56,668 nucleotides of DNA, filler included, from Squatina squatina (GCA_031763465.1; 3 parts of 2 records of this genome joined end to end with filler, not necessarily neighbours in it); one strand, 5' to 3'. Positions 1-11,486 are shown, counted from the whole stretch's first letter. Notes: generated by a model not told the origin, from the letters alone. A program made the numbers and translations.

Positions 1-83
1 TTGGCTTCACTTCCAATTATTTTAAGACAAGCTCTTCCTCTTCCTGCTATGATGATCAGCATTTGTTTCTTTTCCCCTTTCAG

Positions 84-297
84 TTGGTACAAAGACGGGG
101 AATTGTTGGCCAATTCAGTGCCTGGATACTTCACCGTGAAAGACCGGGACCTCAGTATTGTAGCAAACGAATATAACGAGGGCCTGTACACATGCCAAAT
201 CCAGCGGAAGACTTTGACGATTCAAGCCAATTCTTGGTGGATCAGGGTCAAGGAAGACAATGATATTGATGAGCCACGAGATGTTGCCTCACACTGA
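84..297 (+). CDS. Terminal coding exon of an immunoglobulin (I-set/C2-like) domain protein
   Basis: Pyrimidine tract plus cag acceptor at 81-83; frame reads WYKDG...LSI...NEGLYTCQ (Ig C-strand Trp and F-strand x-G-x-Y-x-C motif) and ends at TGA 295-297. Parent gene not identified. Confidence 0.8.
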
Positions 298-714
298 GGA
301 TGAGCAGGACAGCACAGAAAGAATATCAAATCGAACTGAACCATTGTAAAACATGTAATTGTGACCACAGAGGACAATGACCTAGTTTTGATCAATTGCT
401 TAACAATGCCAATGGACAGTCTCTTGCCAACATTACTGATTCCCCAAATAGATGGTCATGAGTTTGAGTCCTGATGTTCCCTGAAAATGTAAAATATTGT
501 ATCGGGGCTTTACAGCTGTATGAAACTGTTTGGGGTCCAAGACGGCCCCTCAACTGTACCGGGTTTCGCGCTATAGCGGAGTCCCAGTGTATTAGTTTTG
601 TACAAGGCTTTATGCTGGAGTGGTATTAGCTTTCATGTATCCAAATGTGTATTTCTAATCTAGCTTAAACTTCCAAATATTCTATTTTTTTTAGCTCTTG
701 TACATTATAGTAAT

Positions 715-990
715 GCAGAAAGATAGGAACAGGGGTAAGCAATTCGTGCCTGTTCTGCTATTCAATTAGATCATGGCTCATCTGTACCTCAACTCCATTT
801 ACCCGCCATAATTCCATATCCCTTGATGTCCTGACCTAAAAGAAAATCTATTGATCTCAGTCTTCAAAATTTCAAATGATCCAATATCCACAGCCTTTTG
901 GGGGAGAGAGTACCATATTTCCACTACCCTTTTGTGTGGAAAAATTGCACCTTGGTTTCACTCCTAAATGGCTTAGCTCGAGTTTTAAGT
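715..990 (-). mobile_element. CR1-type LINE 3' end, degenerate
   Basis: Similar to other CR1 3' ends in this window (18676-18845, 45185-45735): gctattcaattagatcatggct...ccacagccttttgggggagagagt. Confidence 0.7.
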
Positions 991-1658
991 TTAAAATTAA
1001 AAATTTGAGAATTTGTTCTAAAACCAAACATCTTTAGCAACAAAGTTGCATACATTTATATTTGTTCACAGTGGCAGTGTAGCAAGGCTGTTCAAGACAA
1101 AAAAGAACTTAATACTTGATAAACAATGTGAAGTACTAGGCATTCTTTTTGTGCACAAATGTGGTCACACGCAATCTGTCACCTAATTGCAATTTTTACC
1201 AAATGAGGGATCACGTAATCTGAATTTGGTATTCAATTTTATACCCGCTAACCACTTACTTATTATGCAGATAGTCAGTGATTTTGACGGTGATGACCAC
1301 ACATTAGAATTTGCAGATGAAAATTCACATTTTTATTGCCTCCAGTACCCTAGGCTAAGACTCGTTCCAGCGTGCCCTGAAAGTTGCTGTGTGCATGCAT
1401 GGATTTTTGAGCTTGTGCAAAGCTCCGAGCACTTGTATGAAGTGTGCGAAGATCCAGCAATCGTGTGACTATATGGGCCTCCTGCTGCCTTCACCTGGGA
1501 CTTGACAACATCAGATGAACTAACCTGTGAGGAAAGCTAATCCCAATAGACTAAGAACNNNNNNNNNNNNNNNNNNNNNNNNNNNNNNNNNNNNNNNNNN
1601 NNNNNNNNNNNNNNNNNNNNNNNNNNNNNNNNNNNNNNNNNNNNNNNNNNNNNNNNNN

Positions 1659-1960
1659 GGTACTGAGTTGAAAGATCAGCCATGATCGTGTTGAATGGCG
1701 GTGCAGGCTCGAGGGGCCGAATGGCCTACTCCTGCTCCTAGTTCTGATGTTCTTACCTGGGATGCACTGCCTGAAAGGCTGGTGGAAGCAGGTTCAGTAG
1801 GTATTGGATTGAGACTTAAAGAGGAAAAGGTTGGCAGGGCTGTGGAGAAAGGTGGGGGGAGGGGGAGGAGGAGGGGTTTGTGGCACCAATTGAATGGTCC
1901 TTCACAGGCACGATGGGCCGAATGGCCTCCTTCTGTGCCGTAAATTCCTTTGATTCTATA
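1659..1960 (+). mobile_element. Two adjacent CR1-type LINE 3' ends from two families
   Basis: gatcagccatgatc...gaatggcctactcctgctcc (1675-1738), then gcactgcctgaaagg...gatgggccgaatggcctccttctgtg...gattcta; both motifs recur elsewhere in the window. Confidence 0.75.
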
Positions 1961-2138
1961 AAACTTTAGCCTGAATCCAACAGCTGAACGTCAGCACTAT
2001 AGCTATGGGCGCGCATACAAGCTTAAAAAACCCAATTACGAGACAGATAAAATCTTCGGAACAGGGCAAGAATTGTCACCCGAGAAAGCGAACTTTCTAA
2101 GATTGCCAAGAAATTCGTAGAAAATGAAAATGCCCCAC

Positions 2139-2942
2139 CTCCCAAAGGTCAAGTTGTGTGTAGGTGAAGTTTGTCTTGGACAGCATGTTGTTGAGCGAGT
2201 GTGCGATTGCATACACCGCTTTATACACATTGTAAGCGATTCTCAGCTGCGATGTGTCGGTATATTGATTGTCGACATCTTCCAACTTCTCGTCACCAGT
2301 GCAGAGTTTGATCTGAGCGTCGCTGCCGAGCCGGCTGAGGTTCTTCGGCTCTTGCAAGAGGCACGCGAACGTGGTTTCCCAAAACTCGGTCACGAAGACG
2401 TTTCCGGGGAACCTGGATGGGTGGATTTGCAGAAGGAATTCCTTCAGCCCCGGGAGGATTGCCCTCGGGACGGCGAAGCCCAGGGTCCCAGCCAGGAACC
2501 TCGCCTCCTGTTTGGGAGAGAGGTTGGGCATGGTGATCCAAGACTCGCTGCCGACCCACTGGATCCCCGTCACGTTCTGGCGAACGATTTCTTGCAGCAG
2601 GACTGCCATGTCCGCCTGAGCGACAAAGGCAACGACAATCCTCGTGCTGGCTTGTTTGATGATGTTGATGAGACTGAGCAGCTTGGCTTTGGAATCTGTT
2701 TTGTGAACAGCCTCGGAGAAGGCGATGCAAATGCCGAAACTCTCCATGGCTTTGATGATCTCGTCCATGGCCAATGCACCGTAGGTGGAGTTGCTCCTTA
2801 TTGTCCCGATCCAATTCCATCCAAAGTATTTGACAAGCTGGGCCAAACCGTCCACCTGATGGTAGTCATTTGGAATCGTTCGGAAAAATGTAGGGAACTC
2901 GTACATGTTGTTGAGATAGTCATAAGCGGCGGAATAGCTGAA
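2139..2942 (-). CDS. V2R/OlfC receptor gene A, large Venus-flytrap exon (exon 3 equivalent, 804 nt)
   Basis: Acceptor ttccctag|TTC and donor GAG|gtgggg. Reads FSYSAAYDYLNNMYEFPTFFRTIPND...FGWNWIG...QWVGSESW...FWETTFAC...YNVYKAVYAIAHSL, a class C GPCR ectodomain; paralogous to 11898-12731. Confidence 0.93.
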
Positions 2943-3250
2943 CTAGGGAATTGAGAGAAGTGATAGTTAGATATTCGGATTGCAAGTTGGGTTTTAAGCC
3001 CCTCGCCACGCTTGCATCGCAAGGACAACCCGATTAGAAGCACATTTACCGCACAACAAAGATGTCACCGTTTCTGACAACANNNNNNNNNNNNNNNNNN
3101 NNNNNNNNNNNNNNNNNNNNNNNNNNNNNNNNNNNNNNNNNNNNNNNNNNNNNNNNNNNNNNNNNNNNNNNNNNNNNNNNNNGCCAGTGAATCCAAGCTA
3201 GGTTTTAATAAGTAAACCTTATGCATTTTGCCGTAAGAAATATGCAGGTC

Positions 3251-3384
3251 GAACATAGTACATGTGCAAACGCTAAGATGTTCAGATGGGACATAGTACA
3301 GGTACAAACACTAACAATTCCACATGGAACACAGCACAGGTACACATACTTATAGCCCAGCTCGAACATAGTACAGGTACAGTT
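3251..3384. repeat. Degenerate ~38-bp minisatellite (4 units) just downstream of the V2R gene B stop codon
   Basis: Core GAACATAGTACAGGTAC (with variants) starts at 3251, 3289, 3327 and 3364. Confidence 0.75.
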
Positions 3385-3400
3385 ACCTTGGAGTTCAGAG

Positions 3401-4308
3401 TTACTGGGAAGGCCCTTTGCCCATCATATGCTTCTTTGTGTTATTCTGTGGTTTCAGTAAGATAATGTAACATTTTGGAGCAAAAATACAGACAAGCAAA
3501 CCAAAGCTTGATGCCCAGATAGCAAACACTTCTACAGCCACAGTGTACTTTCCCGGAGAACTTACATAAGCTGGAATGAAAGTTATCCAAACGGCGCAGA
3601 AGATGAGCATGCTGAACGTTATGTACTTGGCGTCATTGAAACTATCTGGAAGTTTCCGGGCAAGGAAAGCGAGCAGAAAACAAACAGTGGACAGAAGACC
3701 AATATAGCTCGACACGGAATAAAAGGCTGTCAAAGAACCCGCGTCACATTCCAAAATAATGATGTCTCTATAATAGATGGTGTTTTTCACTGGATAGGGA
3801 GGTGCTACAGTCAGCCAGATTGTGCATATTAAACCTTGAATAAATGTAAGGATGGACACGCCTAACCGCTGTTGGGTAGGTCCAAACCAGTTCATCACAC
3901 TGTTGTTGGGAAGAGTTGCTTTAAAGGCTATCACAACAAGAATGGTTTTCCCCAAAATGCAGGAAATACAAAGGACAAATACAATAGCGAAGGCAGTGCG
4001 GCGCAACATGCAGGACCATCCGGATGGTTCCCCAATGAAGGTGAGTGAGCACAGGAAGCAAAGCATTAGTGCGAAGAGAAGGAGGAAGCTTAGCTCGGAA
4101 TTGTTAGCTTTAACGATAGGAGTTTCTCGATAACGGAAGAAAATAGCAGCTGTAGCCAGTGTGAAACACACTCCCACTAAAGCGAGGGTCACTAACACAA
4201 ATCCTAGAATCTCTCCAAAGGAAAGAAATTCAATCTTCTTGCCAACACATCGATCTTTTTGCTGATTGGACCAGTATTCCAACGGACACTTCAAACAATC
4301 TGGGGAAT
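3401..4308 (-). CDS. V2R/OlfC gene B, terminal 7TM exon (908 nt)
   Basis: Acceptor tcctttcag|AT; reads [15 protein letters not shown]...[16 protein letters not shown]...[20 protein letters not shown]...[15 protein letters not shown]...PKCYIIL to a stop. Confidence 0.96.
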
Positions 4309-4404
4309 CTGAAAGGATAAAAGTTTCCCGTTTTTAATACGAAAACCCTTGTGTGCACAGGATTGCGGAACACATGATAAACGAGTAAGTATATATCTAC
4401 ACAC

Positions 4405-4528
4405 CTGTGGCATTGCTAATCTCCCCATCGGCACATTCTGCACAGTCAAAGCAACATATCGGCTGCCCTTTCCTGTTTACTTTCCTTGTTCCGGGAGGAC
4501 AAGGTTCTGAGCAAATTGCACGTGGAAT
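4405..4528 (-). CDS. V2R/OlfC gene B, 124-nt cysteine-rich (NCD3G) exon
   Basis: ag|[41 protein letters not shown]|gt; splices in phase to 4308. Confidence 0.95.
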
Positions 4529-4562
4529 CTAATCAAAGGAAAACGTACTTTTGTTATCCATC

Positions 4563-4680
4563 TCATAGAATCACAGAGTGATGCTGCAGAGGAGAGGACC
4601 ATTCGGCCCGTCGTGTCTGTGGGGTCTCTTTGGTAGAGCTGTCCAATCCCACCCACTGTCCTGCTCTGCTATATTTCCAT
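4563..4680 (-). mobile_element. CR1 3' tail fragment
   Basis: catagaatcacagag...ccattcggcccgtcgtgtctgtg is the reverse complement of the CR1 tail at ~1905-1960. Confidence 0.6.
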
Positions 4681-5184
4681 GGTTTCCCGTCGTCAGGATT
4701 TGTGTCAAAAAGTGCAAACATCAACCAACACTTGTCAATTTCAAGTAGATATTGCAAAACCAAAACACATTTAAGAACATTCAAGTACTTACTTCACTGG
4801 TACAATGAGATGACATTGTTTTCCAATGGATAACGCTGAGCAAACTATGGACCATATCCCTTTGCCTGTTATAACTTAGATATGATTGTGAAGGGACGTT
4901 ACTTATAGGTAATATAGCAACATAAGTTGAATAAAACTGCTTTTATGAACTGCGCTTTTGATAATCTAAGTGTCCTAATTAACTGGAAAAAGAAAAAAAA
5001 TACGTTGCTTTCTGCTAACTTATTCAATTTATCATTATTTGCGATCACGCAGTGCCATCNNNNNNNNNNNNNNNNNNNNNNNNNNNNNNNNNNNNNNNNN
5101 NNNNNNNNNNNNNNNNNNNNNNNNNNNNNNNNNNNNNNNNNNNNNNNNNNNNNNNNNNNCCTTAATCACTGGCAGGAGAATTGG

Positions 5185-5480
5185 CAACCACAGGACCACA
5201 GATTTAAGGTAATTGGCAAACGAACCAGCTGGGAGATTATGAGACTTTTTTAAATGGGGCAAATTGTTAAGATCGGGAATGCCCGGCCGGAAAGAGTGGT
5301 GGAAGCAGATTCACCAGTAACCTTCAAAACTGATTTTGTTTTATACTTGAAAAGCAAGCAACTGTAAGTCTATGGAGAAAGAGCAGTGGAGTGGGACTTA
5401 ATTTCATGGCTCTTATAAAAAGCTGATTCCAGCATGATGGCTGAGAAGCCTCCTTCCATGCTGGATGATTCTATGACTCT
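5185..5480 (+). mobile_element. CR1-type LINE 3' end
   Basis: cacagatttaaggtaattggcaaa...gtggtggaagcagattca...atgattctatgact tail; same family as 16345-16619. Confidence 0.75.
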
Positions 5481-5800
5481 TAACATTCAAAATAATAGCT
5501 AAGAACATGAATAAAATTGTTTAAAACATTTATACACAGTTCATTATTGCTCAACTTTTACCAGATTGAGGACATCGTACGGAGGATTCTCTCATTTAAG
5601 ATGATGTATTTAATTACAACTGAGAAGTCAGTATTTATTCTTCTGGAAATCAACAGCGATCAATTCTGCAAAGAAATTGATTTTGCACATAGGTACTTTG
5701 ATTTGATTGGGTTGATACTATTGCTTATCATGCAATTACAGAGCCATTCGGTGATATTGACATGTTCACTGAATTATTCACATTATCATCATTCCAAAGC

Positions 5801-6708
5801 TTACTTTGAAGGCATTTTGGACATGACATGCTTTCTCGTGTTGCTCTCTGGTTTAAGTAATAAAATAATGCATTTAGGAACGAAAATGCAGAGAAACAAC
5901 CCATAACTGGATGCCAAAATAGCAAACACTTCGATAGCTACAGTATATTTTCCAGGGGAGCTCACGTAGGCTGGAATGAATGCAATCCAAACTGCACAGA
6001 AGATAAGCATGCTAAAGGTTATACATTGGGCCTCATTGAAATTATCGGGCAGTTTCCGGGCTAGAAATGCAAGAATAAAACAAACACATGAGAGGAAAGC
6101 AATATATCCGGACACACAATAAAAGGCTGCTCTAGACCCCACGTGGCATTCCAAAATAATAATTTCCCTGTAATAGTTTGTGTTTCTCATTGGAAAAGGT
6201 GGCGCTATACTTAGCCATATGGTACATATCAAGCCTTGAATAAATGCCAGAGAGAATACGCTGAAGCGTTGCTGTGTGAGTCCAAACCATTTCATAAGAT
6301 TATTGTTGGGGAGTGTTGCTTTAAAGGCCATCAGTACAAGGATAGTCTTTGCCAAAACACAAGAAATGCATAAAACGAAAGTAATGCCAAACGATACACG
6401 TTGTAACGCACAGGACCAGAATGAAGGTTCGCCAATATAAGTGAGAGAGCACAGGAAACAAAGAGTTAATGCAAAGAGAAGCAGGAAGCTGAGCTCCGAA
6501 TTGTTCGCCTTCACAATGGGAGTGTCCTTATACTGAAGGAAGACACCAGCGACTGCTGCGGTTCCACAGACTCCAAGCAACGCCAGCGTCGCTAATACGA
6601 TTCCCAAAGTCTCTCCAAACGAAAGAAACTCCATTTCTTTTGCGACGCATGTGTCTTTACTCGGATTGGGCCAGTAATCGAAAGGGCACTGAGTGCATTC
6701 TGAAGCAT
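5801..6708 (-). CDS. V2R/OlfC gene C, terminal 7TM exon (908 nt)
   Basis: Acceptor ttcccctag|AT; reads [15 protein letters not shown]...[13 protein letters not shown]...[20 protein letters not shown]...SSPGKY to a stop. AATAAA on the minus strand at 5634-5639. Confidence 0.96.
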
Positions 6709-6805
6709 CTAGGGGAAAATAAGTGATAAGCGTAAGTCAAACGTTGTGAGAAATCCGAAGTAAAAAACCTGGAAAGACAAACATGGAACTGGAGTTTTAG
6801 CATAC

Positions 6806-6929
6806 CTGTGGTATTACTGATCTCACCGTCAGCGCACTGAGTGCAGTCAAAGCAACAGCTCGGTTGTCCCTTTCTGGAGACTTTCCGTGTCCCTGGGAGG
6901 CAGCTCTCTGTGCAAACTGCACGAGGAAT
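6806..6929 (-). CDS. V2R/OlfC gene C, 124-nt cysteine-rich exon
   Basis: ag|[41 protein letters not shown]|gtatg. Confidence 0.95.
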
Positions 6930-7144
6930 CTTCAGACAAATGAACAGCACTGTTTTCAGTGTGATACATTTAATACAACATCCTGTGCAACAAAAACTGG
7001 CTATAAAGTCATTCGAAATATCGGAAATTACAATTTAGTGCTTGTTCATTTTTCGAAGGTTTTGCATATAATTAATACGTCTCAACTCTACACATATAAC
7101 CCAAACGGATCAAATCAAATGGAAAAATAGAGATGCAGAAACAG

Positions 7145-7350
7145 CCCTTCCCGCATAGCCCAGCAAATGTTTCCTTTTCAAGTTTTTAATCCCATTCCCT
7201 TTTGAGAGTTACGATTGAATCTGCTTCCACCGCCCTTTCAGGCAGCGCATTCCAGATCACAACAATAGATGGTGCATTTGTTTTTCCTCTGATTAATTTG
7301 CCAATTATCTTAATGTCCTCTGGTTCCCGACCATTATGCCACTGGAAATA
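7145..7350 (-). mobile_element. CR1-type LINE 3' end
   Basis: gaatctgcttccaccgccctttcaggcagcgcattccagatcacaac, near-identical motif at 16490-16535 and 48818-48866. Confidence 0.75.
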
Positions 7351-7719
7351 GTGGCCCTGAAATTGCCATGGGAGGCTTCCTGCGTGGGGGGTGCCTCTGA
7401 TTGCAATTTACTCCAGGTACTTACCTAAAGGTCCTGGATCCACGCGAGTTTGCAATTTTCAGCCCCCCGTTGGAGATTCTGAGCCGGGCTCTCGAGTTTC
7501 CCCAGGAAGTCCAGCAAAGAGGCTGGAGAAGTCACATGGGACACCCCAGCCAATCAGGTAGGTGTATCTTTTATTGAAGTTTTGACAGTTCTCAGCGATC
7601 TGTCAAGAACTGTCAAAACNNNNNNNNNNNNNNNNNNNNNNNNNNNNNNNNNNNNNNNNNNNNNNNNNNNNNNNNNNNNNNNNNNNNNNNNNNNNNNNNN
7701 NNNNNNNNNNNNNNNNNNN

Positions 7720-7975
7720 GCTCTTTTTGCCTTGCACCATCATCCCTTTTGCCTCTTAATGTTTTCTGCCTTCCACAGACATTTCACTTTGTTTTTTCCT
7801 CCCACCCCCCACCCCTCTTTCCCTGCCCCTTCATTTGCTTACAAATCTCTTGCATCTCTAACTTCTTTCCAGTTCTGATGAAGGACCATCGACCTGAAGC
7901 TTAACTCTGTTCCTCCCTCCACAGATGCTGATTGATCTGCTGAGTATTTCCTGCATTTTGTCTTTTTGTTTCAAG
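7720..7975 (+). mobile_element. Penelope-type repeat terminus with a decayed hammerhead motif
   Basis: agttctgatgaaggaccatcgacctgaagcttaactc...cacagatgctg...ctgctgagtatttcc; homologous to 26275-26433 (-) and 39433-39535 (+). Penelope assignment is from recall. Confidence 0.6.
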
Positions 7976-8039
7976 AAAGATCACTTTTATTTGGTACATT
8001 TTGGAGGAATATTAAAGGGACTAATGACAACTTGGAAAA

Positions 8040-8745
8040 TAAGTGTCGATATGGGAATAAAAACAAAGGATTCTGCGGGTACAGATACACAGATCACTAA
8101 AAGATGCAGCCTTCACAATGCAATCAAAGCACTGAATTATTTCTGGAGTGATGCACTTGAAAGATTTAACCTCTCAGTTCCGGTATTCTAACAGAGCATT
8201 TATGTTAAACTTGGATAAACCACACTTGGAGTACTGTCAACACTTCTGGCAGCCATATTATAAAAACTATATCGAGACACTGGACAAGGTGCAACAATTA
8301 CTGACTAGAGTGATACTGGAACTAAGAGGTTAAATCTATCAAGAAATATTGAACAGTCTGGGGCTCATTTATCTACAAAAGAGAAACTGAGCATGATTTG
8401 CCAGTGCTTTGTAAGGTTATAAAACTGCTTGGTAGGGTAGAGTTAGAGCAGATGTTTCCACTTGCGAGGGAGTCATTAATATAAAATAGTTGCTAATAAA
8501 TCAAATAGGCAATTCAGGGGCAATGTCTTCACCCAGAGAGTAGTTAGAAAGTGGAACTCGCCACTAAAGGGTGCAGTTGAACCGATGAGCATGGAAGCCT
8601 TTAAGCAGAAAATAGATACATACATGACGGTTAAAGGGTAGAAGGATATGTTGATGGAGTAACAGGAAGACGGTTGAAACATAAATCCGACATGGATCCG
8701 CTGGGATGAATGACCTATTCCTGTGCTGTAAATACTGTGCAATAG
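8040..8745 (+). mobile_element. Degenerate CR1 LINE: ORF2 C-terminus and 3' UTR
   Basis: PHLEYCQHFWQPYYKNYIETLDKVQQ resembles the CR1 RPHLEYCVQFWSP motif; interrupted by stops and frameshifts. Confidence 0.8.
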
Positions 8746-9243
8746 TATTAAATGGAACTACTCCCCACCTCTTTTGATCTGACACCAATCCATTACAGGA
8801 TCGAACAATCAAGCACGAAGTCATCTTAATTTCAACCTCAACTATTTTACCCTGACTGGACCCTGGACCAAAAAGCTAGTTTTAATATCGGCGAGCACCA
8901 AGTACAGAAAATGGGATCTTCACAGATTGTGACTCGGTGCAGTACAGGGCGAAACCGGTGCTATCCTAACAATGGTGAATGCCTAAATATGAAATACATA
9001 AATGCGTAAGTGAATTAACGCATGAAATATTAACTGAGACCAATATGTTTATTAATGATATGTTGAACTTTATTTTCAGTCGATGTTTCCTGCGCAATAA
9101 TGTAGGACAGATGAATTACAGTAAAACATATAATTGAGCTTGATAAATGTATCGATTTGTAGGATATGAATTAATTGTCACACATGAATTCGACGCACAA
9201 TTTTGCGACAGCAAGTATTCATACCACTATCTCTTATCGTGCT

Positions 9244-10157
9244 TTAAAGTTTCTTTTCAATCCCTTTCCCCATTAAGTATTTCTTGGTATTTTTCTCTGG
9301 AGTTATCATGATAATGTAACATTTCGGAGTAAATATGCAAAGCAGCAATCCGAAACAGGAGGCCTGAATCGCAAACACTTCTACCGCTACAGTGTATTTC
9401 CCAGGAGAACTCACAGAGGCCGGAATAAAAGTTATCCACACGGCACAAAAGATAAGCATGCTGAAAGTTATACATTTAGCCTCGTTGAAATTATCTGGCA
9501 GCTTCCGGGCGAGAAAGGCCAAGACAAAACATATGCAAGATAACAAAGCGATATAACCTGAGACAGAGTAGAAGGCTGCAGAAGAACCCGCATCGCATTC
9601 TAAAATAATAATGTCCCTGTAATAGTTTGTGTTTCTCATGGGAAATGGCGGCGCAGTGACCAGCCAAAGGGCACATATTAAACCCTGGACGAATGTTAGA
9701 AGGAAAACACTTACACGCTGCTGCTTTTGACCAAACCATTTCATCCTGTTATTGCTGGGATGCGTTGCCTTAAATGCCATCAGCACGAGGATGGTTTTCA
9801 CCAAAACGCTGGAAATGCACAGCACAAATGTAACACCGAACGCTGTGCGTCGTAACATACAAGACCAGTCGGACGGTTCGCCAATGAATGTAAGTGAGCA
9901 CAAAAAACAGCAAGCTAATGCTAAAAGCAGGAGGAAGCTCAGCTCGGAATTGTTAGCTTTAACTAGAGGTGTCTCTCGATATCTAAAGAATAGAACAGCG
10001 ATACTTATAGCCTTGCACACTCCAATCAATGCAAGAGTCGCCAATACAATTCCCAGGATTTCTGTGAAAGCCAGGTATTCGACATCCTTTGGTATGCATT
10101 GATCTTTCCGCTCATTGGACCAGTAAAGGACAGGACATTTGATGCAGTCTGTGGAGT
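9244..10157 (-). CDS. V2R/OlfC gene D, terminal 7TM exon (914 nt)
   Basis: Acceptor ttttcccttag|AC; reads [21 protein letters not shown]...[13 protein letters not shown]...[20 protein letters not shown] to a stop. AATAAA on the minus strand at 9048-9053. Confidence 0.96.
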
Positions 10158-10235
10158 CTAAGGGAAAAGGAGAATATTATATAGTTAAGAATTTCATGTT
10201 TACACATCTCTGAGGATACTGGCCGAAACACTCAC

Positions 10236-10359
10236 CTGTAGTGTTACTAATCTCCCCATCCGCACAGGGAGTGCAGTCAAAGCAACAGATAGGTTGTCCT
10301 TTCCTCGCCGTTTTCCTTGTTCCAGGAGAACAACTTTCGGAGCACACAGCACGGGGGAT
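10236..10359 (-). CDS. V2R/OlfC gene D, 124-nt cysteine-rich exon
   Basis: ag|[41 protein letters not shown]|gtgag. Confidence 0.96.
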
Positions 10360-10539
10360 CTTAAAGGAAGAAACGATAGAACATCGACCTTGTGATGTTA
10401 ATAGATACACAGCACATGCACTTATTCGTAACATCGATATCTGAGTCCTCCTCCGTAAAGTTACCTGTTTACAATTAGGGTTAAAATTCATATCGTACTC
10501 AGAGACCTTCATATGTTTTACTGACTAAAGTCGCGTCAT

Positions 10540-10760
10540 TTATGAAGACTGGGGGAGCTCTCACTATCCGCAATGCAAACAGTTGTCGCTCAATCAATGT
10601 CATCACAAACACATTAACTGGTTAGTTAACATTGTTCTATTTGTGGGATTTTGCTGAGCACCAAATATGTACATCAAGGACGATACTTTAAAAGCAATTC
10701 TTTGGCTGTGCCCCTCTATGGGACGCCACGAAGAGGTGAAAGGTGCATTCTGAAAGACAT
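10540..10760 (+). mobile_element. DeuSINE-like SINE fragment (Deu domain plus L2-type tail)
   Basis: ttgtgggattttgctgagcaccaaat...ttggctgtg...gggacgcc...gtgaaaggtgc; tail also at 15517-15612 (+) and 13015-13100 (-). Family name from recall. Confidence 0.55.
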
Positions 10761-11486
10761 TTTTGGTTCCTTTTAAAGTTAAACTACAATTGGCACATGT
10801 CTGTCCAAGCCTCTGACCTGTGGCCTTGCAGTCTCCTACATGCTCTCCAGTCTGTCATACCCACTGACTTGATGTGGTCCTCAAATTCTGATAATATCCC
10901 AGGGCTTTCGGCATCTGCACTCTCAGAGCCCAGATTTTGTTCTCCACCAACATTAATGGGGAGCAAAGGACTAACCTGTGCTTTCTGTTTTCTTTGCTTC
11001 AGCCATTTTTCTACCATATTACCAGGTCATCTGTAATAACGTGTCTTAATTTTCCTAACGAGAATCCTATGTGGAATTATATCAAACGATGCTTTGAACG
11101 ATGACCAGACCCAAATCACTCCCTGCAACGGAAGCAAATATAACCCAGTCCGGCAGTCGGGACACTGATGGAAACGGCTGAAATGCTGGTTTTCCACCAT
11201 GCTAAATGTTACTCTCCATTGAAGACTCGGGTGAGCAATATTGGGCGGAGAATGAAACCGGCGTTCCACGCGATCCGGTGGATTCCCAGGCATTTTGCTC
11301 TCCCACCTTTTCGAAATCTGGTTAATTTCCTGCGTAACGTTTAGTAAAGCCTGATAGGCCCTTTATAAACAGCTGTAGACTGAGCCTAGCTACCGGCTTC
11401 CTGGGGCTATTCCAAATTATAATGACGAAACACGAACAAATATGAAATACAGTAAAAATACAGCCAGTTTCAATTGGCAGACCTAC

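Noticed and set aside
1851-1876. G-quadruplex-like G-rich run
   Set aside because: Lies within a decayed CR1 tail; no sign of function.
2124-2954. 276-aa plus-strand ORF and other overlapping ORFs as separate genes
   Set aside because: In-register antisense shadow of a GC3-rich V2R exon; no recognisable domain.
3251-3384. CRISPR-like repeat-spacer pattern
   Set aside because: Vertebrate context, no cas genes, degenerate repeats, and spacers related to each other: a minisatellite.
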